Below are positions 9,034-20,421 of a DNA stretch of 27,997 nucleotides, one piece after another. The translations under genes and the position numbers were made by a program. The notes beneath the pieces are model-generated. The model made no database searches. It was not told the origin of the DNA and saw only the letters and a list, made by a program, of their open reading frames with translations. Location: contig SPBV01000001.1 in the NCBI GenBank assembly GCA_004525885.1, positions 1 to 27,997 on the forward strand, read 5' to 3'. Position 1 is the stretch's first letter; each line of letters opens with the position of its first letter. The stretch comes from Nitrosomonadales bacterium. GTDB lineage: Bacteria; Pseudomonadota; Gammaproteobacteria; Burkholderiales; Nitrosomonadaceae.

Positions 9034-10098
9034 CTACTTGATAACAGCTTTTAATTCGCCTTTGGCGTATTTGTTTGCCATGATATCAAGCATGATTGGC
9101 TTAATTTTGTTTGCTTGACCAGCGCAGCCAAATGCTTCAAAGCGTGCTTTACAGATATCTTTGGCAGCGGCTGTTGCATCTTTCAGGAATTTTCTTGGGT
9201 CGAATTCACTTTTGTTTTTAGCTAAATGACGTCTAACCGCACCAGTCATAGCAAGGCGAATATCAGTATCTATGTTTATTTTGCGAACACCGTGCTTGAT
9301 ACCTTCCTGAATCTCTTCCACAGGCACCCCGTAGGTTTCTTTCATTTCCCCACCAAATTCCCGGATAATATTGAGCCATTCTTGTGGTACTGAGCTAGAC
9401 CCATGCATAACCAAATGTGTGCTGGGAATTCTCTTATGGATTTCCCTAATACGTTCGATAGCAAGAATATCGCCCGTGGGTTTGCGAGTAAATTTATAAG
9501 CGCCATGAGAGGTGCCGATAGCAATTGCTAATGCATCTACACCAGTTTTTCTAACAAAATCGGCAGCTTCTTCCGGATCGGTCAGTAATTGGTCATGGCT
9601 TAGTTTTCCTTCTGCGCCATGGCCATCTTCTGCTTCACCCATACCGGTTTCCAACGATCCTAGACAACCTAGCTCGCCTTCAACCGAAACACCAACCGAA
9701 TGGGCCATATCTACAACCCTAGAAGTAACTTCTACGTTGTATTCGTAGGATGAGGGTGTTTTAGCGTAAGCCTCCAGTGATCCATCCATCATAACACTGG
9801 AAAAACCGCTACGAATGGCATTGGCACAAACGGCCGGAGTTGAGCCATGGTCTTGGTGCATAACCACTGGTATATGTGGATAGGCCTCCACTGCTGCGGC
9901 GATAAGATGGCGCAGGAAGGCTTCGCCAGCATATTTGCGCGCACCTGCTGAGCCTTGCATGATTACTGGGCTATTGCATTCATCAGCTGCTTGCATGATG
10001 GCCTGGATCTGTTCCAGATTATTTACATTAAAAGCTGGTATGCCATAGCTATTTTCAGCTGCATGATCCAAAAGTTGTCTCATTGATACGAGTGCCAT
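9034..10098 (-). CDS. fba: Class II fructose-bisphosphate aldolase (CbbA-type)
   Basis: [28 protein letters not shown] and KINIDTD motifs. Start reassigned to ATG 10098 ([15 protein letters not shown]) behind a GGAGGAG RBS. Confidence 0.96.
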   Translation of the reverse strand: MALVSMRQLLDHAAENSYGIPAFNVNNLEQIQAIMQAADECNSPVIMQGSAGARKYAGEAFLRHLIAAAVEAYPHIPVVMHQDHGSTPAVCANAIRSGFSSVMMDGSLEAYAKTPSSYEYNVEVTSRVVDMAHSVGVSVEGELGCLGSLETGMGEAEDGHGAEGKLSHDQLLTDPEEAADFVRKTGVDALAIAIGTSHGAYKFTRKPTGDILAIERIREIHKRIPSTHLVMHGSSSVPQEWLNIIREFGGEMKETYGVPVEEIQEGIKHGVRKINIDTDIRLAMTGAVRRHLAKNKSEFDPRKFLKDATAAAKDICKARFEAFGCAGQANKIKPIMLDIMANKYAKGELKAVIK

Positions 10099-10185
10099 TT
10101 GAGTCTCCTCCAAAAAAGAATCTATAACTATGAATCGTAGATTAAGTAATAGTATAGTTTAAAACTAGAAAAATCTAATTAAAGC

Positions 10186-10215
10186 CAGGAAAAAACCAAA
10201 AAATATATTTTCCTG
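10186..10215 (-). terminator. Weak hairpin between pyk and fba (possible terminator or mRNA-processing element)
   Basis: CAGGAAAA (10186-10193) pairs with TTTTCCTG (10208-10215) around a 14-nt loop, 7 nt downstream of the pyk stop. AT-rich, with no clean U-tract. Confidence 0.3.
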
Positions 10216-10222
10216 TTCGTGA

Positions 10223-11686
10223 TTAATTTTTTATTTCAGTGTTAACGTGCTCTCCTACTTTAACAATCTTCATGGTGTTTGTCCCGCCCGCTTTACCTAC
10301 CGGTTCACCGATAGTAATAAGAATTAGATCGCCGTTTTTTACTACTCCACGTTTAAGTAATTCGTTTTCTGCGCGGTTCATAATTATTTCTGGGTCTTGA
10401 AATTTACCACTGAAATTCACCGGATAGACTCCGCGAAATAAAGTCACTTTGCGGCGGGTATCCACCAGTGGGCTTAATGCAAATATAGGCACATTAGAGC
10501 TTTTTCGTGACATCAGCATCGCTGTAAAGCCACTCTGTGTGAGAGCGGCAATAGCAGCGATTTTCAGACCACCCGCGGTGAACATGGTGGCTCGAGCAAT
10601 GGCTTCTTCGATTGTATCTGGCATACCATCTTGCATTCGTCGTAGGTCGAGGTTCACTAGATATTCTTTTTCCGCCTCAAGACATACTCTGGCCATAGCT
10701 TCAACTGCTTCTACAGGGTATAGACCCGAAGCAGACTCTGAAGACAACATTACCGCATCAGTGCCATCTAGTACTGCATTCGCTACGTCAGATACCTCTG
10801 CCCGAGTGGGAACTTGACTAGTAACCATTGACTCCATCATCTGAGTAGCAGTCACTACTAATTTGTTATTTGTACGGGCGGCACGAATCATGCGTTTTTG
10901 TAATGCTGGTACCGCCGCATCACCTACCTCCACAGAAAGATCACCTCGAGCTACCATGATGGCATCTGAGGCCTGTAAAATGTCATTTAATGCTGTAATT
11001 GCTTCTTTTCGCTCAATTTTTGCCATCAGAAGGCTTTTGCCGCCAGCTTGATTCATTAGATCACGCGCCCTAGACATGTCTTGGCCAGAGCGCGGAAAGG
11101 ACACTGCTAGATAATCTGCTTTAAACGCTGCAGCCGTCTTGATATCTGCCATGTCTTTACTAGTTAATGCTGGGGCACTGAGTCCACCCCCTTTGCGATT
11201 GATACCCTTATTGTTGGACAGTATTCCACCCTGTTCAACCGTGCAATATATTTCGCGACCCTTGACTTTGGAAACATTTAATACGATGCGACCATCATCT
11301 AACATAAGAGTTACACCAGATTCCACATCATTTGGTAGTTCTTTATAATCCAGCCCTACTCGTTCTTGATTACCAAGATCACAGTCTGCATCGAGCACGA
11401 ATTTATCACCGGTTCTGAGGGAGATACTTTCATCTTCGAATTTTCCTATACGGATTTTCGGTCCCTGTAAATCTGCTAGTACCCCTATGGCATGTCCGGA
11501 GGACCGTGCCAGCGAACGGGTCAATTCAATAGCTTCGATATGTTCTTCATTGGTTCCATGAGCAAAATTGATACGAACCACATCTACTCCAGCCTGGATC
11601 ATACGTTCTAGAGTTTTCGGATTTCTAGATGCAGGGCCAAGGGTTGCTACAATTTTTGTTCTTCGTAACATTTTTCTTCGTTTCAT
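10223..11686 (-). CDS. pyk: Pyruvate kinase (type II/PykA-like); alternative start at 11671
   Basis: RRTKIVATLGP, DLQGPKIR, AKIE, MVARGDL, TQMMESM and DAVMLS motifs. Confidence 0.96.
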   Translation of the reverse strand: MKRRKMLRRTKIVATLGPASRNPKTLERMIQAGVDVVRINFAHGTNEEHIEAIELTRSLARSSGHAIGVLADLQGPKIRIGKFEDESISLRTGDKFVLDADCDLGNQERVGLDYKELPNDVESGVTLMLDDGRIVLNVSKVKGREIYCTVEQGGILSNNKGINRKGGGLSAPALTSKDMADIKTAAAFKADYLAVSFPRSGQDMSRARDLMNQAGGKSLLMAKIERKEAITALNDILQASDAIMVARGDLSVEVGDAAVPALQKRMIRAARTNNKLVVTATQMMESMVTSQVPTRAEVSDVANAVLDGTDAVMLSSESASGLYPVEAVEAMARVCLEAEKEYLVNLDLRRMQDGMPDTIEEAIARATMFTAGGLKIAAIAALTQSGFTAMLMSRKSSNVPIFALSPLVDTRRKVTLFRGVYPVNFSGKFQDPEIIMNRAENELLKRGVVKNGDLILITIGEPVGKAGGTNTMKIVKVGEHVNTEIKN

Positions 11687-11717
11687 ATTTTATAAGGGCT
11701 TCAGTGTTTGGCGCATA

Positions 11718-12896
11718 TCAACTTGCGCGCTCTTCCAATATTTCCACTGCAGGTAATTTTTTGCCTTCCAGAAACTCTAGAAATGCCCCTCCAGCAGTCG
11801 AAATATAAGATATCTTGTCATAGATGTTGTATTTTTGGATTGCTGCAATAGTGTCACCTCCGCCCGCAAGAGTGAAAGCTTTAGTGTTGGCGATGGCCAT
11901 AGCAATGGTTTTAGTGCCGGCTCCAAATTGGTCAAATTCAAACACGCCAACTGGGCCATTCCACACCACCGTTCCAGCATTCATGATGATATCGGCTAAT
12001 TCTTGTGCGCTCTTTGGCCCAATGTCAAAAATCATTTCTTCATCAGTAACCGCATTAGAATCTTTCAATATTGCTGGTTCATTCGCATTGAATTTCTTTC
12101 CAACTACAACATCTACGGCGATAGGGATCGAAGCATTACGTTTTGCCATTTTATCCATCAATCTTTTAGCGGTAGAAACCAGATCATCTTCGCACAAGGA
12201 TTTCCCAATATTTTTGCCTGCAGCTTTAAGAAAAGTATTGGCGATACCACCACCTACCACCATTTGGTCAACTTTTTCGGATAAAGATTCAAGCATGGTC
12301 AGCTTTGTTGAAACTTTAGAACCACCGACAATGGCGACCATGGGTCGCGCAGGATTTAATAAGGCTTTAGTTAGTGCTTCTAATTCTTCTATCAACAGGA
12401 TGCCAGCACAGGCTACCGAAGCGTACTTAGCAATACCATGAGTTGAGGCTTGTGCACGGTGTGCAGTACCAAAGGCATCCATTACGAACACGTCGCATAG
12501 CTTGGCGTATTTCCGTGCGGTTTCGTCTATGTTCTTCTTTTCACCTTTGTTAAACCGGCAGTTTTCTAATACCACAAGTTCGCCATCTTCAACTTCAAAT
12601 CCACCTTCGACCCAATCTTTAATTAAACGAATTGGTTTGTTCAAACGTGTGGAAATATTGTCGGAAACTGGTTTAAGGGAGTTTTCTTCAGACCATACGC
12701 CCTCTTCAGGACGGCCTAAGTGTGAGGTCACCATTACTCTGGCCCCCTGTTTCAAACAGTAATCAATCGTAGACATGGAAGCAGTGATACGTGCATCCGA
12801 TGTTATTATTCCATTTTTGATCGGTACGTTAAGGTCAGAGCGAATAAATACTCGTTTACTCTTGAGATTAAGATCAGTAAGCTTGATGACTGTCAT
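11718..12896 (-). CDS. pgk: Phosphoglycerate kinase
   Basis: [35 protein letters not shown] and GGGDT motifs. Confidence 0.97.
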   Translation of the reverse strand: MTVIKLTDLNLKSKRVFIRSDLNVPIKNGIITSDARITASMSTIDYCLKQGARVMVTSHLGRPEEGVWSEENSLKPVSDNISTRLNKPIRLIKDWVEGGFEVEDGELVVLENCRFNKGEKKNIDETARKYAKLCDVFVMDAFGTAHRAQASTHGIAKYASVACAGILLIEELEALTKALLNPARPMVAIVGGSKVSTKLTMLESLSEKVDQMVVGGGIANTFLKAAGKNIGKSLCEDDLVSTAKRLMDKMAKRNASIPIAVDVVVGKKFNANEPAILKDSNAVTDEEMIFDIGPKSAQELADIIMNAGTVVWNGPVGVFEFDQFGAGTKTIAMAIANTKAFTLAGGGDTIAAIQKYNIYDKISYISTAGGAFLEFLEGKKLPAVEILEERAS

Positions 12897-12982
12897 AGTA
12901 GATCCAAATATATTCGGTAAGAAAATTAACTTGAAGCCTATTGACTACATATTTTACCAAGGCGAAAGTGTGTAATTCGTGC

Positions 12983-13017
12983 TTAGAAAGCGGGGGAGGG
13001 TATGCCCCGCTTTCTAA
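12983..13017 (-). terminator. Strong inverted repeat between gap and pgk (intrinsic terminator or stabilising stem-loop)
   Basis: Perfect 13-bp arms TTAGAAAGCGGGG (12983-12995) and CCCCGCTTTCTAA (13005-13017) with a 9-nt loop. On the minus strand the GC core is followed by UUUCU, 28 nt after the gap stop. Confidence 0.75.
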
Positions 13018-13045
13018 TTTTCACTATACGTTGTTTACTGTAAAA

Positions 13046-14107
<1,062 letters not shown>

Positions 14108-14116
14108 TTACCAAAA

Positions 14117-16132
14117 TTAGATTATACTTTTTACAGCTTCCATAACGTTATCCACAGTAAAGCCAAAGTGTTTGAACAGGTCGTCAGCAGGGGCAGATTC
14201 GCCAAAAGTGGTCATGCCCACGACTGCTCCTTCAAGCCCTACATATTTGCGCCAGTAATCAGCGATACCTGCTTCCACTGCAACGCGTTTCACGCCTTTC
14301 AGAAGCACACTGTCCTTGTAGGCTGCGTCCTGCCGGTCAAATAAACTGGTACATGGCATCGAGACCACTCGGACCCTAATACCTGATTCAGACAATACCT
14401 TTTGTGCGTTTATCGCTAGTCCAATTTCTGAACCAGTTGCAATAATAATAGCTTGTGGTTCTCCGTTTGTTGCCTCTGATAGAATATAACCGCCTTTGTC
14501 GATCAACTTAATTGTATCGGCATTACGTTTTTGAAATGGTAGATTCTGGCGGCTGAAAATAAGAGTTGAAGGGCCATCTTTACGTTCAATCGAACGCACC
14601 CAAGCTACGGTTGATTCGACTGAGTCACATGGGCGCCACACATCCATGTTAGGAATGTAGCGCAGTGTCGCAGTTTGTTCTACTGGTTGGTGTGTCGGGC
14701 CATCTTCGCCTAGGCCAATTGAATCGTGCGTAAACACGAACAGATTACGGATTTTCATCAAGGCTGCCATACGCAACGCGTTGCGTGCATATTCTGAGAA
14801 CATTAGGAATGTGGCGCCGTAGGGGATGATGCCACCGTGCAATGATAATCCGTTCATTATGGCACTCATGCCAAATTCACGTACCCCGTAATAAATATAG
14901 TTGCCACCGGTTTCACGGCTAATACCTTTAGAGCCAGACCACAAAGTAAGATTAGATCCTGCTAGATCAGCAGAACCACCAACTAGTTCTGGTAAAACCG
15001 GAGCCAAACCCTCAATAGCGTTTTGTGAAGCCTTGCGGCTCGCAATAGTTTCTTCTTTTTCATTGACTTGGCTAATAAATTTTTCTGCGTGTTCATGCCA
15101 TTTGGCTGGCAGATCTCCAGCCATGCGGCGTTTAAACTCAGCGGCTTCACTTGGATATTTTTTGGTATATTCATCAAGCTTATGAATCCATTCTGCTTCT
15201 ATCTTTTTACCTTTGGCACGACCATCCCACATGTTGTAGATTTCTCGTGGTATCTCGAACGGTGGATGGCTCCAGCCAATGTGTGGACGTGAAGCAGCTA
15301 TTTCTGCATCGCCTAATGCTGCTCCGTGAACTTCGTGTGTACCTGCTTTGTTAGGAGAACCCATGCCTATTATAGTCTTGCAGCAAATCATTGAAGGCTT
15401 TCCACTTGTCTGCTTGGCTTCCTGAATAGCTGCCTCGATTGCCACAGGGTCGTGACCATTAACGTTAGGTGCCACATGCCAACCATAAGCCTCAAAACGT
15501 TTAGGGGTATCGTCACTAAACCATCCTTCCACATTGCCATCTATGGAAATACCATTATCGTCGTAAAAACAGATTAACTTACCAAGTCCCAGGGTTCCCG
15601 CCAATGAACAGGCTTCATGGGAGATCCCCTCCATCAGACAACCATCACCAAGGAACGCATAGCTATAATGATTAACAATATCAAAACCGGGACGATTGAA
15701 TTCCGAAGCAAGAATTTTTTCTGCCAAGGCCATACCTACAGCGTTTGTGATGCCCTGACCTAAAGGGCCGGTGGTGGTCTCGACTCCAGGTGTATAGCCA
15801 TATTCAGGGTGACCTGGAGTTTTGGAATGAAGCTGACGGAATCGCTTAATCTCTTCAATTGACAAATCATAACCGGTAAGGTGCAACAGAGCATAAATCA
15901 ACATAGAGCCATGCCCATTAGACAGCACAAAACGGTCTCGATCTGCCCAATTGGGATTAGCTGGATTATGGCGCAGATGGTGAATCCATAGTACTTCGGC
16001 AATTTCAGCCATGCCCATAGGCATGCCGGGGTGACCAGAATTGGCTTTTTGCACAGCATCCATCGCTAGCGCACGAACAGCGCTGGTTAGGTTTTTGAAC
16101 ACTGGCTGGTCAAAATCTTGAAATGTTCCCAT
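14117..16132 (-). CDS. tkt: Transketolase
   Basis: [35 protein letters not shown] and [15 protein letters not shown]. Start reassigned to ATG 16132 with a GGGAG RBS. Confidence 0.97.
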   Translation of the reverse strand: MGTFQDFDQPVFKNLTSAVRALAMDAVQKANSGHPGMPMGMAEIAEVLWIHHLRHNPANPNWADRDRFVLSNGHGSMLIYALLHLTGYDLSIEEIKRFRQLHSKTPGHPEYGYTPGVETTTGPLGQGITNAVGMALAEKILASEFNRPGFDIVNHYSYAFLGDGCLMEGISHEACSLAGTLGLGKLICFYDDNGISIDGNVEGWFSDDTPKRFEAYGWHVAPNVNGHDPVAIEAAIQEAKQTSGKPSMICCKTIIGMGSPNKAGTHEVHGAALGDAEIAASRPHIGWSHPPFEIPREIYNMWDGRAKGKKIEAEWIHKLDEYTKKYPSEAAEFKRRMAGDLPAKWHEHAEKFISQVNEKEETIASRKASQNAIEGLAPVLPELVGGSADLAGSNLTLWSGSKGISRETGGNYIYYGVREFGMSAIMNGLSLHGGIIPYGATFLMFSEYARNALRMAALMKIRNLFVFTHDSIGLGEDGPTHQPVEQTATLRYIPNMDVWRPCDSVESTVAWVRSIERKDGPSTLIFSRQNLPFQKRNADTIKLIDKGGYILSEATNGEPQAIIIATGSEIGLAINAQKVLSESGIRVRVVSMPCTSLFDRQDAAYKDSVLLKGVKRVAVEAGIADYWRKYVGLEGAVVGMTTFGESAPADDLFKHFGFTVDNVMEAVKSII

Positions 16133-16227
16133 GGATACAAACTCCCTTGCTAAACAAATAAATAAAGAAAAAAGCAACAGCACATCTGCGAAATCAGAGC
16201 GACAATATCTGCTTGGGTAAAAGTATT

Positions 16228-16256
16228 ATTATCGCTTAAGAAACGAAGCCAGACAA
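16228..16256 (-). promoter_or_regulatory. Putative sigma70 promoter of the tkt-gap-pgk-pyk-fba operon
   Basis: Minus strand: -35 TTGTCT (16256-16251), exactly 17-nt spacer, -10 GATAAT (16233-16228), about 95 nt upstream of the tkt start. Confidence 0.55.
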
Positions 16257-16289
16257 CCACGATAAATTTTAGGGTATTTTCTTATTATG

Positions 16290-17540
16290 TCAGTGGCTTC
16301 GTAGTCTGATACCTAATAGTTTAAGTTTGCGATAAAGGTGAGTGCGTTCTAGCCCCGCCCGTTCTGCTACTCGGGTCATGTTGCCGCCTTCATGATCTAT
16401 GAGTTGCTCAAAATAAGATTTTTCAAATAAATCACGAGCTTCTCGTAAAGGGATGTTAAGTGGAATACTTGGAACAGATTGTACCGGCATTGCCGCTACC
16501 AGGATCCTCTTTACGTCATCAGCTGAAATTTCCTCACCAGTGTAGGTTAGCGCTAGAGAGCGTACCGTGCTAGTGAGTTGCATCAGGTTTCCAGGCCAAT
16601 CGTAGTTGCGCAAAGCATTAAGAGCTGCAGTATTGAACTGCTGTAGAGATGCGTCACCTGATTCAATACAATGCAAGAGGATTTTGTTAGCAAGTTCTGG
16701 AATATCTTCTCTGTGTGCCCTTAATGCAGGGACATTGATACAAAGTCCACTTAAAGATGCATATAATTTTGGGTTATATTCACCTTGTGCTGTTAGCTCT
16801 GCTAGTGGCAGAGAGCTAGCACACACAAGACGGACGTTGTATTTATCTAGTTTACTTAGCAGTTTCAGCAAGCCCTTTTGTTCTAACCCATTTAAGTTGC
16901 CAATTTCTTTTAGAAATAACAGTCCATTTTTTGCTTGTTTAAGTAAATCAAACGGAGTGTCCGATAGAAATGTAAATGTATCAGGCTCTATCCAATGCGT
17001 GTAAGGGTGATGTAGGAAGCGTGCACATAGTTCTGCCCCTGCTCCCTGTTCTCCAGTGAGGAGTAGCGGGGTTTTCAGGTTGGAAACCTGTTCCAGTCTC
17101 TTTTTTAGGTCCGCTATCAACGGTCCTTTTCCCAGGCTAGCAAGCGAAAGCGTTGAGGAGGGTTTGTTTTGGCCCCCGCGTAATGCGTGCCCCACCGTAC
17201 TTAATAACATTTGTAGTGGCACTGGTTTTTCTAGGTAACCAAACGCGCCAATACGTGTTGCCTCAACTGCAGTTGCTATAGTACCGTGTCCTGACATTAC
17301 TACTACAGGCATGGTTAGCAGCCCATTACTCGCCCACTCTTTCAGTAGAGTGACGCCGTCGGTATCTGGCATCCAAATATCAAGTAGTACCAGATCAGGC
17401 CGCTTTTGGTTCCGCCAGTTGCGCGCTTGCTCTGCATTTTCTGCTAGAGCTACATGGTAACCCTCGTCACGTAAGATTTCAGATAGCAGTTCACGTATAC
17501 CGATTTCATCATCAACGACGAGTATTGTATTGTTTGCCAT
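16290..17540 (-). CDS. ntrX: NtrX-like response regulator (receiver, degenerate AAA+, Fis-type HTH)
   Basis: VVDDE, LLDIWMPD and EKP receiver motifs; C-terminal AGLERTHLYRKLK HTH; follows an ntrY-like kinase. Confidence 0.85.
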   Translation of the reverse strand: MANNTILVVDDEIGIRELLSEILRDEGYHVALAENAEQARNWRNQKRPDLVLLDIWMPDTDGVTLLKEWASNGLLTMPVVVMSGHGTIATAVEATRIGAFGYLEKPVPLQMLLSTVGHALRGGQNKPSSTLSLASLGKGPLIADLKKRLEQVSNLKTPLLLTGEQGAGAELCARFLHHPYTHWIEPDTFTFLSDTPFDLLKQAKNGLLFLKEIGNLNGLEQKGLLKLLSKLDKYNVRLVCASSLPLAELTAQGEYNPKLYASLSGLCINVPALRAHREDIPELANKILLHCIESGDASLQQFNTAALNALRNYDWPGNLMQLTSTVRSLALTYTGEEISADDVKRILVAAMPVQSVPSIPLNIPLREARDLFEKSYFEQLIDHEGGNMTRVAERAGLERTHLYRKLKLLGIRLRSH

Positions 17541-17608
17541 ATTTATAAAATTAATTTTTTCATTGTTTGTAGTGAAATCTCTTATTGTGGATGCCTAATT
17601 GGTAATAA

Positions 17609-19786
17609 TTATTGGATTTCATGGGTAGTAGTTGAATCATCTCCAGATGCGGTTGGTAAGGTAATGGAAATTTTGGCCCCGTGGGGATAGATATTTTCAA
17701 TTTGAATTGTGCCATTGTGCTCTTCCACAATCTTTTTTACGATAGGCAGACCGAGCCCAGTACCTTTGAACTTGGTGGTAACGTATGGTTCAAACGCGTG
17801 CATTCTGACGTGATCGGGGAATCCCCTGCCATTGTCACTTAGGCTAAGGCGCACCCCATCTCGTACCATTTCTGTGCTCACGGTGATGACAGGTTCCATA
17901 GTATCAGCCAGTGTATCTTGGGCATTTTGCAGGAGATTGTGAATGACCTGACGCAATCTAGCCGAGTCTCCCCTCACAGGTGGCAAGTCAAGGGTTAAAG
18001 CCAAGTGTATGTGTGAGTGTAGTTCGCTACCTTCTGCAACACTCGCTGTTTCATATAATGTTAGTACTTCTTGTACTAGTTTGTTGAGATCCAGTAAACG
18101 TAATTTAAGTTCTGGTGCGCGCGCATATTCACTAAATTCATTAACCATTGTCTTCAATGCTGCCACTTGATTGACGATTGTTTCAGTTGATCGCTTCAAA
18201 ATCTCTGAATCCTGTGGATTTAGTTTTCCAGCAAGTTTTCGCAATACACGTTCAGCAGAAAGCTGTATCGGTGTGAGAGGGTTCTTGATTTCATGTGCAA
18301 GGCGTCGTGCAACCTCTCCCCACGCGGCAGTACGCTGTGCCTGTAGCAAATTAGTAATGTCGTCAAATACTACGACGCCTCCTCCTCCTGAGGCATGCGG
18401 AAGACTTGTTCCTCGTAATAGTAATACCTGGTTTATACCATCATTAGTACGTTCCACTTGGCATTGCCACTCACCAGCTTTTCCTGACTGGAATCCTTCT
18501 CGTATTCCGGTTCCTAGCGCAAGAAGCTGAGGTTCTTGTGTAGTACATTCTTCCATAGTTAATCCTTCGAGGCTTGCCAATGGAACCTTCAAAATATATT
18601 CAGCACTAAGATTTGCAGTACGCATGCGTAAGCTTTCATCAAATACTAGGACGCCGGATGAAAGATTGGCTAGAATGCTTTCCAGGTGGACCCTGGCACT
18701 TTCTACCTCATGTTGATTGCGCTGTGCCGCTGTACGAGCTTCCTCTAGTTGCTGAGTCATCAGATTGAATGATTCAGTTAGCACACCCAATTCATCTTTA
18801 CTTTGTACCGGATGCCGCCTACTAAAATCACCTTGAGCTACTGCGCGAGTAGCTTCTGCCAGCATACCTAATGGAGCACTGACTCGCTCGCTAATAAGGA
18901 AAGCAGCAGCTAGTGCAGAAAAAAGCGAGAGTAGTAGTACTAGAGTTAATGTCACCCCATAGAGCCTCTTCAGACCCTGACGCGACAATGACAACTCTTC
19001 ATAATCACGATATATGGTTTGAACTATTTCTGCATCTTTTGCTAGTTGTTTTGGCACCGGCTGCAACAACTGCAAAATACGGATGTTCTCCTCTAGACTA
19101 AGAACATTGACAGGAACTGGTTCAACCACACGTAAATATAAGCCTTTTCCTGGAATGAATTCAACGGCGCTGTAAGCCTCCTGTATTCTCACTTGGCGCA
19201 TCACAGCAGTGTTTGGCATTTCTGGAAGTTCCATACCAGTTGTACCAGAGAACGCAATTACTTTTCCATCTTTATTAAATAGTGTTGCTTCTTGTACCTG
19301 TGATTGCTCTAGTAGTTGGTTTAGCTCCGGCAGCGGTATAGAGGATTGCCCGGATAGGGTAATGGCGGTGACTTGGGCTTTCTTCCGCAATTCTTCCAAT
19401 AGATTGTCCAGCATAGTGCGCCCGAGATTTAAGCCCCCCTCTAATGCTTGGTCAACCTTAACATCAAACCAAGATTCAATGCTTTTCCCAAGGAATTGCA
19501 CTGATGCACTGTACACTAATACACCTGGAAGAACTGCCATCAGAGAAAAGATCAGCAACAGGCGCAATGCCAGTTTGGATCCAAATACCCCTGTTTTAAG
19601 CCTGCGCCTGAGTCTCCAAAGCAAATATCCAACTACTGCCATGAGAAACAGCACGAAACCAATATTGAGCTGAATTAGAAGTTGATATTTTCGTTCAAAG
19701 AAATCGGTATCATCACCTGCAATTGCTAGCAGAAATAGCATCACTGCGCTTAAAACGACGGCGCCAATAATAATGATATTTTTCAC
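17609..19786 (-). CDS. ntrY: NtrY-like sensor histidine kinase (TM, HAMP, PAS, HisKA, HATPase); GTG start
   Basis: SIESWF periplasmic motif, HAMP (DELGVLTESFN), H-box RRLAHEIKNPLTPIQL, N-box NLLQNA, G boxes DNGRGF and GTGLGL. GTGA overlap with the upstream stop. Confidence 0.88.
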   Translation of the reverse strand: MKNIIIIGAVVLSAVMLFLLAIAGDDTDFFERKYQLLIQLNIGFVLFLMAVVGYLLWRLRRRLKTGVFGSKLALRLLLIFSLMAVLPGVLVYSASVQFLGKSIESWFDVKVDQALEGGLNLGRTMLDNLLEELRKKAQVTAITLSGQSSIPLPELNQLLEQSQVQEATLFNKDGKVIAFSGTTGMELPEMPNTAVMRQVRIQEAYSAVEFIPGKGLYLRVVEPVPVNVLSLEENIRILQLLQPVPKQLAKDAEIVQTIYRDYEELSLSRQGLKRLYGVTLTLVLLLSLFSALAAAFLISERVSAPLGMLAEATRAVAQGDFSRRHPVQSKDELGVLTESFNLMTQQLEEARTAAQRNQHEVESARVHLESILANLSSGVLVFDESLRMRTANLSAEYILKVPLASLEGLTMEECTTQEPQLLALGTGIREGFQSGKAGEWQCQVERTNDGINQVLLLRGTSLPHASGGGGVVVFDDITNLLQAQRTAAWGEVARRLAHEIKNPLTPIQLSAERVLRKLAGKLNPQDSEILKRSTETIVNQVAALKTMVNEFSEYARAPELKLRLLDLNKLVQEVLTLYETASVAEGSELHSHIHLALTLDLPPVRGDSARLRQVIHNLLQNAQDTLADTMEPVITVSTEMVRDGVRLSLSDNGRGFPDHVRMHAFEPYVTTKFKGTGLGLPIVKKIVEEHNGTIQIENIYPHGAKISITLPTASGDDSTTTHEIQ

Positions 19787-20421
19787 GGTTCATCCTGAAG
19801 AATAAGCCTTTGTAAAGGGAGCTTTATGCTCCATTGCAGCCAACCTGAGCTTAAGTTCCATTCTTTTGAACCAAGCGCTTCTACTTGAAACGGTTTTGGA
19901 AGTCGCGATAGATCCAGTTGCATACGCAATTTTGCAATGTATTCTTTATCTTTCTGCAGCCTGAAACTCTCTCCGATAGGACGATCTCTCACCCGACTCA
20001 AACTTCGTAGGGCTTCCTTTAAAGTACTGAAGCTTTGTTTTTGTAATAATGGCTCACCACTTAAGCGGTATTGGCGTGTGAGCGCGTAATAACTTAACGC
20101 ATCTCTTTGTTTACTCCGGGCAATTTTTTTATCCAGCCAGTACCAGCGTGGACTTACTAATCTAAAATCGGTTACAAAATAAAGCACGATACCTTTTCTG
20201 AGCGCTCTCTCCAAAGTGGGATTCAACGCTATCTCAATATCAGCGCTGAACTGATAGCTATCATCGACTGCATCTAACTCAACAAATTTTATCTGTATGC
20301 CTTCCGCCTGAGTAGTTAAAGCCGACAATAGCAACGCGGTCAGCAACATTGTTGCAGCCGCACGTATTAGTGGCGCAATGGGATCAGGCTTTATGTAACA
20401 AGGTATAAAAGAAACCATCAT
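19783..20421 (-). CDS. DUF4390 family periplasmic protein; start uncertain (20421 or 20349)
   Basis: ALRKGIVLYF, RWYWLD, LTRQYRL and LPKPFQVEAL...W segments; canonical position between rsmB and ntrY; hydrophobic signal-like N-terminus. Confidence 0.8.
   Translation of the reverse strand: MMVSFIPCYIKPDPIAPLIRAAATMLLTALLLSALTTQAEGIQIKFVELDAVDDSYQFSADIEIALNPTLERALRKGIVLYFVTDFRLVSPRWYWLDKKIARSKQRDALSYYALTRQYRLSGEPLLQKQSFSTLKEALRSLSRVRDRPIGESFRLQKDKEYIAKLRMQLDLSRLPKPFQVEALGSKEWNLSSGWLQWSIKLPLQRLILQDEP

Noticed and set aside
14148-14156. Perfect DnaA box TTATCCACA at the 3' end of tkt
   Set aside because: A single copy that encodes the conserved TVDN peptide; explained by coding constraint.
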